From an uncultured bacterium (lineage in GTDB: Bacteria; Acidobacteriota; HRBIN11; JAKEFK01), in contig CAWJJO010000017.1 in assembly GCA_963843285.1 (NCBI GenBank), positions 65,881 to 129,880 on the forward strand: a DNA stretch of 64,000 bases. The letters are read 5' to 3'. Under the pieces are notes generated by a model, which did no database searches, was not told the origin of the DNA, and saw nothing but the letters and a program-made list of their open reading frames with translations. Numbering within the stretch: position 1 is the stretch's first letter; each line of letters starts with the position of its first letter. Below, piece after piece: positions 9,098 to 17,955 of the stretch. The translations under genes were made by a program, and so were the position numbers.

Positions 9098-10317
9098 GCC
9101 TCAATGTGGAAGAGATCCGCAAAGACTTTCCTGCCTTGCAGCAGAAGGTATATGGCAAACCTCTCGTTTATCTGGACAACGCAGCAACCACGCAGAAACC
9201 ACAGGTGGTTCTGGATGCGCTCCACCACTACTATTCTACGATCAACTCGAACGTGCATCGGGGGATTCATTATCTGAGCGAACAGGCGACACATGCCTAT
9301 GAAGAAGCGCGAATCGCGACGCAACGCTTTCTGCGTGCTTCCGAGCCGGCGGAGATCGTTTTTTTACGAGGGACCACCGAAGCGATCAATCTTGTGGCGC
9401 AAAGTTACGGCAGATCTCTTGTCGGAAATGGCGATGAAATCATCATTTCCTGGATTGAACACCATTCGAATATTGTCCCGTGGCAAATGTTGTGCGATCA
9501 GGTTGGAGCGAAGCTTCGCGTCATCCCGGTCAGCGATCAAGGGGAGCTGATACTGGACGAATATACAAAACTTCTAAACGATCGCACAAAATTGGTTGCG
9601 ATTGGTCATGTTTCGAACGCTCTCGGTACGATTCATCCCATCAAGAAGATCATTCATATGGCGCATGAGTCCGGTGCGGTGGTGCTCGTGGATGGCGCAC
9701 AGGCAGTTCCACATATTTCCGTTGATGTGCAGGAACTGGATTGCGATTTCTACGCATTTTCAGCGCACAAGGTGTACGGTCCGACGGGTATCGGCGTGCT
9801 TTACGGCAAAGAGAAATTATTGGAAAGGATGCCTCCGTATCAGGGTGGTGGCGAGATGATCAGTTCCGTCAGCTTTGAAAAGACGACTTACAACAAGCTG
9901 CCTCATAAGTTTGAAGCAGGGACGCCGAACATTGCGGGAGTGATCGGCCTTGGGGCGGCGATCGGTTATGTGAGCCGCATAGGATACGAGCGTATCGCTG
10001 AGCACGAGCAAATTCTGCTCCGGCATGCTACGGACGCTGTTTCGACGCTTGCAGGTTTGCGGATCATTGGAACTGCCCGGCAAAAGTCGTCTGTTCTATC
10101 TTTTATCATGGAGGGTCTTCATCCGCACGATGTCGGCACGGTACTGGATCGCGAGGGAATCGCCGTTCGGGCAGGTCACCACTGTGCCATGCCTACGATG
10201 CAGCGGTTCGGAGTGCCGGCAACCACGCGCGCTTCTTTCGGCTTTTACAACACAAGCGAAGAGGTGGATCGACTGGTGACAGGGCTTCAAAAAGTGCGCG
10301 AGGTTTTAGGACTGTGA
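9094..10317 (+). CDS. sufS: Cysteine desulfurase SufS (class V aminotransferase, group II)
   Basis: The ATG at 9094 overlaps the sufD TGA (ATGA). PLP lysine FSAHKVYGPTG and catalytic Cys RAGHHCAMP. The longer track ORF from 8881 overlaps sufD and is not used. Confidence 0.95.
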   Translation: MSLNVEEIRKDFPALQQKVYGKPLVYLDNAATTQKPQVVLDALHHYYSTINSNVHRGIHYLSEQATHAYEEARIATQRFLRASEPAEIVFLRGTTEAINLVAQSYGRSLVGNGDEIIISWIEHHSNIVPWQMLCDQVGAKLRVIPVSDQGELILDEYTKLLNDRTKLVAIGHVSNALGTIHPIKKIIHMAHESGAVVLVDGAQAVPHISVDVQELDCDFYAFSAHKVYGPTGIGVLYGKEKLLERMPPYQGGGEMISSVSFEKTTYNKLPHKFEAGTPNIAGVIGLGAAIGYVSRIGYERIAEHEQILLRHATDAVSTLAGLRIIGTARQKSSVLSFIMEGLHPHDVGTVLDREGIAVRAGHHCAMPTMQRFGVPATTRASFGFYNTSEEVDRLVTGLQKVREVLGL

Positions 10318-10766
10318 GCGAATTAAACGAGCTTTATCAACAAGTGATTTTGGATCACAACAAACAACCACGCAACTTTCGCAAACTGGAAGGAGCGAAC
10401 AGAAAAGCGGAAGGCTACAATCCGCTTTGTGGAGATCGCGTTGTGATATACGTTCAAATGGAAGATGGCGTGATTCAAAATGTCAGCTTCGAAGGGTCCG
10501 GCTGCGCTATCTCCAAAGCTTCGGCTTCCATGATGACCGAAACCGTGAAAGGAAAGAGCAAGCAGGAATTGAATGCCTTATTTGAAAAGGTGCACAGAAT
10601 GTTGACCGCTCCACCGGATAGCGAAGTCGATTCGCAGGAGCTGGGAAAGCTGGCGGCTTTCTCAGGCGTCCGGGAATTCCCCATTCGGGTGAAGTGCGCC
10701 ACACTCCCGTGGCACACCTTGAATGCGGCGCTGGACGGCAAAGAAGAAAGAGTTTCCACGGAATAA
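10314..10766 (+). CDS. sufU: SufU/IscU-like sulfur acceptor
   Basis: The GTG start overlaps the sufS stop (GTGA). Conserved Cys contexts: NPLCGD, GSGCAIS, VKCATLPW. Confidence 0.9.
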   Translation: MSELNELYQQVILDHNKQPRNFRKLEGANRKAEGYNPLCGDRVVIYVQMEDGVIQNVSFEGSGCAISKASASMMTETVKGKSKQELNALFEKVHRMLTAPPDSEVDSQELGKLAAFSGVREFPIRVKCATLPWHTLNAALDGKEERVSTE

Positions 10767-11302
10767 TGAGCCGACTTCATCCAGGTCTCGTATGCTTTTG
10801 CGTTTTACTGTTGCTGGCACTGTCCGGCGACCGGTTCATTGGAACTCCGGCTCCGGAGTGGAGCAATCAACAGTGGATCAACTCAGCCCCGATTTCACTT
10901 TCTCAGCTCAAGGGAAAAGTGGTGCTGGTTCGGTTCTTTATGGAATCCTCCTGCCCCTTTTGCCGTGCAACTGCTCCTTATTTGAATCAGTTCTACGGGA
11001 AATACAAAGATAGGGGATTGATGGTCATCGGGATGTATACGCCCAAGCCCTCTCCACGCGAAACACCGCTTCAAGATGTACATCGATATGTGAACGACTA
11101 CGGATTTCAATTTCCGGTTGCGCTCGATAACGATTGGTCCACGCTCAACAAGTACTGGCTCGATCGCACTCCCGACGCGGAATATACATCAGTGAGTTTC
11201 TTGATCGACAAAAAGGGCACGATCCGGTACGTCCATCCGGGCGGCTCGTATAGCGCTCAGGATGTAGCAGAGATGGAGAAGAAAATCAAAGAGCTGCTCT
11301 AA
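10766..11302 (+). CDS. Secreted thioredoxin-like (TlpA/redoxin family) protein
   Basis: The ATG at 10766 overlaps the sufU TAA (TAATG). It has a signal peptide (LVCFCVLLLLALSG) and a CxxC motif (SSCPFCRA). Confidence 0.8.
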   Translation: MSRLHPGLVCFCVLLLLALSGDRFIGTPAPEWSNQQWINSAPISLSQLKGKVVLVRFFMESSCPFCRATAPYLNQFYGKYKDRGLMVIGMYTPKPSPRETPLQDVHRYVNDYGFQFPVALDNDWSTLNKYWLDRTPDAEYTSVSFLIDKKGTIRYVHPGGSYSAQDVAEMEKKIKELL

Positions 11303-11353
11303 AGTCAGGCCGGCACCTCGCATCGAAAGTCAGCATGTCACAGACGCGGGTAG

Positions 11354-14002
11354 TTACTTCGGTGTGTCCACGAGATAGAGGTCGGAGAACACGCGACTGT
11401 ACTGGAGTGCGATCGCTTTGCCGTCCGCTGTCATAAGAACATGATTCAAACTTTGGATGCCGGTGGGATCCTGTGCGGTAATCTCTTTCCAGAGCTCCAG
11501 GCGTTCCGTCTCCAGATCCAACCTGTATATGCTCATGGTGCGATTGGTGTGTCTGCTTATGTAAAGGTATTTACGATCTTCACTCCATTGAACCGGTTGA
11601 TCATGAGGGTTCAATGATGCAATGGGATGAGGCGAACCCCCTTCTGTGGGATACAGGGAGATTCGTTCATCGGGACCGATTGCTGCTACCAATTTCCCGT
11701 CAGGCGAAACAAGATTGCCAAAATTGAGCCTTACGCCGTCTTCTGTAATTGCTCTGGGATTTCCTCCGGCGAGGTCTTGCGTGTAAAGTCTCAAGCCTTG
11801 CCCAGGCCGGCTGCCCGCAAATAAGATTCGTCCGCCGTTCGGGAACCAGGTGGCTAGCTCGTACGTATTGATTTCTCCGCGCGGAAGGCTCTTTGATTCA
11901 CCAGGGCCTGTTGGCAGTAAAACCAATTGCGAAGGCGATCCGATCAAAATCGAGAGAACGAATTTTCCGTCCGGGGAAAGGGTCCCATCAACGCCATCCC
12001 CCATACTGACTGCGGGAGAGCCATCCGTTTTGCGGAGGTAAACTCCGTAATGCTTCCCTCCGCCTTCCCAGCCTTCAAAGAAAAGGACAATTTTCCCATC
12101 CTTTGAAATATCGGATACAAAAGAACCATCCAGCCAGGACAGATCCCGTTGTTCCTTTTCGTTTGAGGAACGATAATAAAAACCCGCTCGATAATCATCG
12201 CGGGTCAGCAAGAATTGTCCCTGCCTGGAGATATCCTGTAGAGTCAGTCTGCCTGCTACTCGCGCTACCAGCCGGCTCTTTCCCGAAAGATCAACACTGT
12301 ATAGAGAGTTGCCGGTTCCGGTATCCGAGGCGGTAAATCCGATTTCCTCTCCCGAAGGAAACCAGGCTAGACCCTGGATACTGAACCAGCCGTCCGAAAG
12401 CATTCTCTTCTTCTTTGCCAAGTCGACGATCTGGACTGCGCCACGGTCATCGCCGCGCTGGGGATGATCAAGAAAAGCGACCAGATCGCCTTTTGGTGAG
12501 ATGCGTGGATGGCTGATCCAGCCGCTGCTCTGGTAAAGAACATTCCCGACAGGAAATTCCAAATGATATTTTCCACTCACAACCCGTACTACGGCAAGCT
12601 GCTCTCCTTCCCTGGCCCAATCAGCGGCAGCAACCTCTTCTAAAATTTCGCGCGGAGAGCCTCCGTTGAAGGGGACTTGCGCTAGAGTGCCGATGACTTC
12701 ATTTCCTATAAAGTTGTGAAGGTTCAGAGATAAGGCGAGTTGTCCGGACGAAGAAATGGAAAGAATATCGAAGTTGGAAAGTCCCAGGGAGCGAGACTCG
12801 GGACCTTGTTGAGTTGTAGCAAAAACCTCCGGGGGATTCGTGTCCCAGGCAGCCGAATAAAGCACGGTCTGTCCGTCCTGAGTAAACCTTGCGGATCTGA
12901 TGAAGCCACGCCGGAAGGTGAGGCGGTGAAATGATGGCTGCGTTGCGGAAGCAGATTCGCTGTGTCCGGCCGCCTTCTGTGCTACGACAACGCCGCTCTT
13001 TCTGCCCAAGAAAAACGTAAGCCAGAACAGCAGAGCAAGCACAACAGCCGCAAAGGCCAACTGCAGATATGTTCGTTTCCGGACCGGAGGAATCGCACGC
13101 GAGGTAGTTGTTTGATCAGAAATTCCTGAAAGAGATTGCAGATCAAATGCGAGATCGCGAGCTGATTGGAATCGTTCTTCCGGAGATTTCTCCAGACAGT
13201 GTCTTGTTACGCGCACCATTTCCGGAGGAAGTGTAGAATTGGTCTGCAAAAGTTCAGGCGGGTCTTCCTTCAGGATCGCGTTCATCGTCTCTACCATAGA
13301 ATCTCTCTGAAATGGACGTTTGCCAGAAAGCATTTCATGGAGAATTGTTCCGAAGCTAAATATGTCTGAACGGTGATCGGCAGGTTGGCCCCGTACTTGC
13401 TCGGGAGACATGTAGCTAAAAGTTCCGAGCACAATTCCCGATCCGGTTTGTAGAACCGCAGAAGCTGTCTCCAAATCCGTTGCGAGTTGTCCTTGAGTTT
13501 CGACGGGCAAAATTTTGGCGAGTCCAAAATCGAGAATCTTTACCCGGCCATCCTTTGTGATGAAAATATTTTCAGGTTTCAGATCGCGATGAACGATTCC
13601 TTTTTCATGCGCTGCAGCCAGGCCGCTCGCGACTTGCAAAGCGTATTCGATCGTTTTCCGGACTGGAAGAGCAACGCCTGCAAGTCGACCGCGAAGCGTT
13701 TCTCCTTCCAACAGTTCAGATACCAGATAAGCGGAACCGTCGTGAGTCCCGATGTCATAGATTGCAAGAATATTAGGATGATTGAGCATTCCGGCGGCAC
13801 GCGCTTCCTGCTCAAAACGAAGGAGTCGATCTTCGCTGCCGGCATATGCGGCGGGGAGAATTTTGACTGCTACTTCGCGCTTGAGTCTCGTATCGAGGGC
13901 CCGATACACCTCACCCATACCTCCCGCTCCCAGCGGCGCAATGATTTCGTAAGGTCCAAGCTTTGTGCGTGCAGCTAACATCGGATCATCACTTTCAATC
14001 AA
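11354..14002 (-). CDS. Ser/Thr protein kinase with a TM segment and a C-terminal PD40/WD40-like beta-propeller
   Basis: Kinase motifs [30 protein letters not shown] and SPEQ. A TM helix ([18 protein letters not shown]) is followed by repeated SPDGK/SPKGD propeller units. Confidence 0.9.
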   Translation of the reverse strand: MIESDDPMLAARTKLGPYEIIAPLGAGGMGEVYRALDTRLKREVAVKILPAAYAGSEDRLLRFEQEARAAGMLNHPNILAIYDIGTHDGSAYLVSELLEGETLRGRLAGVALPVRKTIEYALQVASGLAAAHEKGIVHRDLKPENIFITKDGRVKILDFGLAKILPVETQGQLATDLETASAVLQTGSGIVLGTFSYMSPEQVRGQPADHRSDIFSFGTILHEMLSGKRPFQRDSMVETMNAILKEDPPELLQTNSTLPPEMVRVTRHCLEKSPEERFQSARDLAFDLQSLSGISDQTTTSRAIPPVRKRTYLQLAFAAVVLALLFWLTFFLGRKSGVVVAQKAAGHSESASATQPSFHRLTFRRGFIRSARFTQDGQTVLYSAAWDTNPPEVFATTQQGPESRSLGLSNFDILSISSSGQLALSLNLHNFIGNEVIGTLAQVPFNGGSPREILEEVAAADWAREGEQLAVVRVVSGKYHLEFPVGNVLYQSSGWISHPRISPKGDLVAFLDHPQRGDDRGAVQIVDLAKKKRMLSDGWFSIQGLAWFPSGEEIGFTASDTGTGNSLYSVDLSGKSRLVARVAGRLTLQDISRQGQFLLTRDDYRAGFYYRSSNEKEQRDLSWLDGSFVSDISKDGKIVLFFEGWEGGGKHYGVYLRKTDGSPAVSMGDGVDGTLSPDGKFVLSILIGSPSQLVLLPTGPGESKSLPRGEINTYELATWFPNGGRILFAGSRPGQGLRLYTQDLAGGNPRAITEDGVRLNFGNLVSPDGKLVAAIGPDERISLYPTEGGSPHPIASLNPHDQPVQWSEDRKYLYISRHTNRTMSIYRLDLETERLELWKEITAQDPTGIQSLNHVLMTADGKAIALQYSRVFSDLYLVDTPK

Positions 14003-14768
14003 ACCGTAAGTGTTTCACGGATTCGCCGGAATCGCGAAGTTCTATCAGTGAATCGATCCCAATAGAAAGATGTCTTTCTACAAACTCAGTAGTTACTTTT
14101 TTGTCGCTTTCCTCGGTTTTCACTCCTTCAGGGACCATAGGATTATCGGAAACCAAAAGCAGGGCGCCGCGCGGGATCTCGTTGACAAAACCGATCACGA
14201 AGATGGTTGCTGTTTCCATATCAATTGCCATGGCACGTGTCCTGATCAGGCGCTGCTTAAATGCCTCATCGTGTTCCCAGACCCGCCGATTGGTTGTGTA
14301 AACCGTTCCTGTCCAGTAATCAAATTTGTGCTTGATAATTGTGGAGGATACAGCTCGCTGCAATTGGAAGGATGGAAGAGCCGGAACCTCCGCGGGCATG
14401 TATTCGTAGCTTGTCCCTTCCCCCCGGATCGCAGCAATCGGAAGAATCAGATCTCCCAAATGCGTCTTCTTTTTTAGTCCGCCACATTTGCCAAGAAACA
14501 ACACGGCTTTGGGTGAAATTGCGGAAAGAAGATCCATCACAGTTGCAGCAAGAGCGCTTCCCATACCGAAATTGATAATCGTGATGTTCTCCGCTGTAGC
14601 GCTTTGCATGGGTCGATCCGGACCCTTTACTTCTACGCCGAAGCGATCGGCGAACATCTTTACGTAATTACTGAAGTTCGTTAATAGGATGTATGCCCCG
14701 AACTCTTTCAACGACATTCCGGTATAGCGGGGCAACCAATCTTCGACGATTTCTTGTTTGGACTTCAC
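13995..14768 (-). CDS. AMP nucleosidase-like protein (PNP/UDP phosphorylase fold, short form)
   Basis: GTG start. Family-typical sequences: [35 protein letters not shown]. It overlaps the downstream kinase gene by 8 nt. Confidence 0.75.
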   Translation of the reverse strand: MKSKQEIVEDWLPRYTGMSLKEFGAYILLTNFSNYVKMFADRFGVEVKGPDRPMQSATAENITIINFGMGSALAATVMDLLSAISPKAVLFLGKCGGLKKKTHLGDLILPIAAIRGEGTSYEYMPAEVPALPSFQLQRAVSSTIIKHKFDYWTGTVYTTNRRVWEHDEAFKQRLIRTRAMAIDMETATIFVIGFVNEIPRGALLLVSDNPMVPEGVKTEESDKKVTTEFVERHLSIGIDSLIELRDSGESVKHLRFD

Positions 14769-14828
14769 GTTCTTCTAGAAATTGTACATCCCTGGCAAAG
14801 GCGGCGTACTTTTCAACTGGTGCTAGTG

Positions 14829-14897
14829 GGAGCGCGGGCTTCCAGCCCGCTAGATTCCAGCTTTGATGAGACTTGCGGGCAGAGATTCCCGCGCTCC
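14829..14897. repeat. REP-like composite of two GC-rich hairpins
   Basis: GGAGCGC-GCGGGC-ttcca-GCCCGC at 14829..14850 and GCGGG-cagagatt-CCCGC-GCTCC at 14875..14897. The outer GGAGCGC and GCGCTCC are also complementary. Related units are at 17871, 31568, 44172 and 47270. Confidence 0.7.
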
Positions 14898-14910
14898 GGC
14901 TAGGAATCAG

Positions 14911-15333
14911 TCAAGCTAGCTTCGCTTCCATCGTGATGCTGGTATTCAATAGTCTTGAGATCGGGCAACCGGTTTTTGCGGCATTTGCAGCTTCTTGAAA
15001 CTTCGCCGGGTCCGCGCCTGGAATGTTTGCAACCACGTCAAGATGAATCGCAGTTACAGTCCAACCTGCTTCCAATTTCTCCATGGTTAGAGTTGCGCCG
15101 GTTTGAATACTATCGGCGGTCATGCCTCTATTGTCGAGCTGACCGGAAAGCGCCATCGTAAAACATCCGGCGTGAGCTGCCGCGATCAACTCCTCTGGAT
15201 TGGTGCCGGGCTGATCTTCAAAACGGGTGCTGAACGAATACGGTGTGTTGGAAAGCACCTTGCTATCCGTGGACACAGTTCCTTTTCCATCTTTCAACCC
15301 GCCCTTCCATATTGCGCTTGCTTTGCGTTTCAT
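14911..15333 (-). CDS. OsmC family peroxiredoxin
   Basis: Start at the ATG at 15333 (MKRKASAIWKGG) after GGAGGA. Two conserved Cys contexts: AHAGCF and TGCPIS. Confidence 0.9.
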   Translation of the reverse strand: MKRKASAIWKGGLKDGKGTVSTDSKVLSNTPYSFSTRFEDQPGTNPEELIAAAHAGCFTMALSGQLDNRGMTADSIQTGATLTMEKLEAGWTVTAIHLDVVANIPGADPAKFQEAANAAKTGCPISRLLNTSITMEAKLA

Positions 15334-15525
15334 AGCTATCCTCCTGTTTGACTGGAGAATATGATTGTGGAAACCACTTCGCAAGCCTCTGGGAGATATG
15401 AGTACAGAATTTCCGAATCATTCGTACCTCCACTGACTGTCACTGTTCCATTCAGCATTTCATCGAATCTCTTTAGGGGTGTGTCCGATTCCAGCCGGAA
15501 TGGGCAGAGGTATAATTCAGGTTCC

Positions 15526-15966
15526 ATGCAACTCCCGGTTCCAGAAACCCGAAAGAGCGTTTTGAGGAAATTGCATCTGATTGTAGGAATCGTGGGAATT
15601 GTTGTTTTTCTCGGGACCGGGCAGTATATGCGGTTGGTGTATGACGGACTGCGAGGCGTGGAGCCCCTTCCGCGGATGTTGTTCCGGTCGGCGCACATCT
15701 ACTTGCTGCTTTCCAGTCTGATCAATGTGGCTCTGGGGCTTTATCTTTCGCGTTCCTCCACCCGTGGCCGTAAAATCTTGCAGACAATCGCATCTACTTT
15801 TATTTTGTTTTCTCCCCCTCTCATGCTGACAGCATTTTTCGTAGAACCGGGTCTGGCGAGTTTTCATCGACCATTTGCCGGACCCGGTATCTATGCCTTA
15901 TTTTCAGGGATGCTGCTTCACTTGATCGCGGGTTTCCGCAAATCAGACCTGCATGAGCGCATCTAA
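15526..15966 (+). CDS. Hypothetical membrane protein (about 4 TM)
   Basis: Track ORF 15361..15966. I prefer the ATG at 15526 (MQLPVPETRK), which follows a perfect TATAAT at 15511..15516 and so may be leaderless. The rest is hydrophobic helices. The start is uncertain. Confidence 0.45.
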   Translation: MQLPVPETRKSVLRKLHLIVGIVGIVVFLGTGQYMRLVYDGLRGVEPLPRMLFRSAHIYLLLSSLINVALGLYLSRSSTRGRKILQTIASTFILFSPPLMLTAFFVEPGLASFHRPFAGPGIYALFSGMLLHLIAGFRKSDLHERI

Positions 15967-16265
15967 TGGCTGCCTGCGTTCGCTGGTGCGCTGGACCTGT
16001 CCGTCTCTTGATACGTGACCGTAACTTCTTCACCTTTTCGCAATTGGGATAGAAGTTTCATCTCGCCCCCAATCATAAAAGTGCTGTTGGTGGCGGGATG
16101 AAATACTTCTTCGCCTTCTTTTCCTTTCACGATGATGATCCTCAGCTTCGGATCGACCATCATGATTTTTCCCGAATAGCTTTGTTGCGTCGCTGCCCAT
16201 CCAGGTGTTACCACCCAGCACAGAACGGTCAGCATTCCAGTCGCGAGTGTAATGAAACGTCTCAT
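15963..16265 (-). CDS. Small secreted hypothetical protein
   Basis: The ATG at 16265 follows AAGGAGGA. Signal peptide MRRFITLATGMLTVLCWVVTPGWA. About 100 aa. The longer track ORF to 16529 has no support. Confidence 0.55.
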   Translation of the reverse strand: MRRFITLATGMLTVLCWVVTPGWAATQQSYSGKIMMVDPKLRIIIVKGKEGEEVFHPATNSTFMIGGEMKLLSQLRKGEEVTVTYQETDRSSAPANAGSH

Positions 16266-16462
16266 AAAATCCTCCTTCTTCTTCCGGAGAGTGAAGCAAG
16301 TCGCGTGCCGTATGATGGCTCGCCCAGATAGGCCTCCGATTCGAATTTTCCACCGGATTTGTGAGGAAGAGAGGGACAGTCCGGGTGAGGATTTCTTCAA
16401 CATCCGTTCTTGAATTCGGATAAGCTGAGACACATCTTTGAAGAAAGCATAGGAGGTCAAGT

Positions 16463-17044
16463 ATGTCAGCGAAGAAAATTCTGATGATTGTTGGAGACTA
16501 TGTGGAGGACTACGAGGTGATGGTTCCATTTCAAGTATTGCAAATTGCAGGTCACACGGTGCATGCCGTTTGCCCGGGCAAAAAGTCCGGCGAGAAAATT
16601 CGCACCGCCGTGCACGACTTTGAAGGAGATCAGACGTATAGCGAGAAGCGTGGACATGACTTCACATTGAACGCATCATTCGATGATGTCAAAGCCGAAA
16701 GTTACGACGCTATCGTGATCCCCGGTGGTCGTGCGCCCGAGTACTTGCGGTTAGATGAGAAAGTGCTTCAAATCACACGTCATTTCGCAAAAGAAAACAA
16801 ACCAATCGCTGCGATCTGCCACGCCCCGCAACTTCTGGCGGCCGCCGATGTTCTGAAGGGAAGGACCTGTTCCGCTTATCCGGCCGTAGGCCCGGAGGTT
16901 AAGACAGCAGGCGCGGAGTACATAAATCTGCCGTGGGACAAAGCGCACGTTGATGGGAATCTGGTCACCGGGCCGGCGTGGTCGGCACACGTGGATTGGC
17001 TCGCGAAATTCTTGAAAGTCCTTGGCACTAGGATTGAACCATAG
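16463..17044 (+). CDS. DJ-1/PfpI family protein
   Basis: AGGAGG RBS. Nucleophile elbow AAICHAPQLL. Typical length of 193 aa. Confidence 0.9.
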   Translation: MSAKKILMIVGDYVEDYEVMVPFQVLQIAGHTVHAVCPGKKSGEKIRTAVHDFEGDQTYSEKRGHDFTLNASFDDVKAESYDAIVIPGGRAPEYLRLDEKVLQITRHFAKENKPIAAICHAPQLLAAADVLKGRTCSAYPAVGPEVKTAGAEYINLPWDKAHVDGNLVTGPAWSAHVDWLAKFLKVLGTRIEP

Positions 17045-17062
17045 CTGATTCTTTTTGAAGAC

Positions 17063-17461
17063 ATGAGACCCAACAAATGGAAGTCCTTTATCCATGCGCA
17101 GGAAAATCGAGAGTATCTTGCATTATTGTCTTATCTGCCACTCAAACGGTACAGCGCCATTCCGAAGTTTCTAAAGTACGTATCGAAGATCGATCAACAA
17201 TTGCAGACCGCTAACGGGCTGATCGGTTATTCTCTCCAGGCGCAGCCATTGCTGCGAAAATTCTGGACATTATCCGTTTGGGAAGACAGTGATGCTTTGA
17301 TGGCGTTTGTCCGGAGCATCCCTCACGGTGACGTCATGAAGCTGCTGGCTTCCGACATGGATCAGACCAATTTCGCACAATGGAAGATTCAAGGATCGGC
17401 AATTCCACCTGATTGGATCGGTGCAAAAGAACGGATGTTTCCGGGCTCATCGCGAGCCTAA
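17063..17461 (+). CDS. Hypothetical protein, possibly Dabb/ABM-like (DUF3291/DUF4188-like)
   Basis: The pattern FWTLSVWEDSDALMAFVRSIPHGDVM resembles these families. The call is weak. Confidence 0.4.
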   Translation: MRPNKWKSFIHAQENREYLALLSYLPLKRYSAIPKFLKYVSKIDQQLQTANGLIGYSLQAQPLLRKFWTLSVWEDSDALMAFVRSIPHGDVMKLLASDMDQTNFAQWKIQGSAIPPDWIGAKERMFPGSSRA

Positions 17462-17848
17462 GTCCAGGCGGCCGTTCCAATCATCCATGCCCTGTCCAGT
17501 TTCCACAAACATTTTCAATGCATAAAGGAAATGAGCCCAGCCGAGTTTGTATTCCAGTACGAGTTTCGGATCTTTCAGGAATCCCGAATGACTGAATTGA
17601 AGCCGGGTATTTCCGCCATCGACCGGTTCGACGCTCCAGCTCACGAGTGTTTTTGGCTCCTGACCGTGCCAGGTGTACGTCACCATGTGTCCATCTTTGA
17701 ATTCCACGATGCGGTCGAGACCGTCTGTGCCGGCCTCTTCTGGCGCCCACCCGAACGAGTAACGCCCTCCTGGTTCGGGCTGGATCTTGATCTCTCCACA
17801 ATACGGATTCCATTTCTTGATTTCTTCCGGCTCGTCCCGCCTGCTCAT
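17447..17848 (-). CDS. SRPBCC/AHSA1-like protein, apparently lacking the first roughly 25 aa of the fold
   Basis: GGRYSFGW...VTYTWHG...LVSWSVEPVDGGNTRLQFSHSGF...GWAHFLYALK is AHSA1-like. The ORF has no upstream in-frame start. Confidence 0.7.
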   Translation of the reverse strand: MSRRDEPEEIKKWNPYCGEIKIQPEPGGRYSFGWAPEEAGTDGLDRIVEFKDGHMVTYTWHGQEPKTLVSWSVEPVDGGNTRLQFSHSGFLKDPKLVLEYKLGWAHFLYALKMFVETGQGMDDWNGRLDLGSR

Positions 17849-17870
17849 TTGATTGACAGAAAAACTTCGG

Positions 17871-17891
17871 GGAGCAGGCCAAGAGGCCTGC
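17871..17891. repeat. REP-like hairpin unit
   Basis: GGA-GCAGGCC-aaga-GGCCTGC (7-bp stem) in the divergent spacer. It belongs to the same family as 44172..44188 (GCAGGCA-aga-TGCCTGC). Confidence 0.6.
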
Positions 17892-17955
17892 GACCCATCA
17901 TGCAGCCGGGACGGCTGCGCTCCATATGGTATGCTCTCAAATCAGAGAGGTGGGC

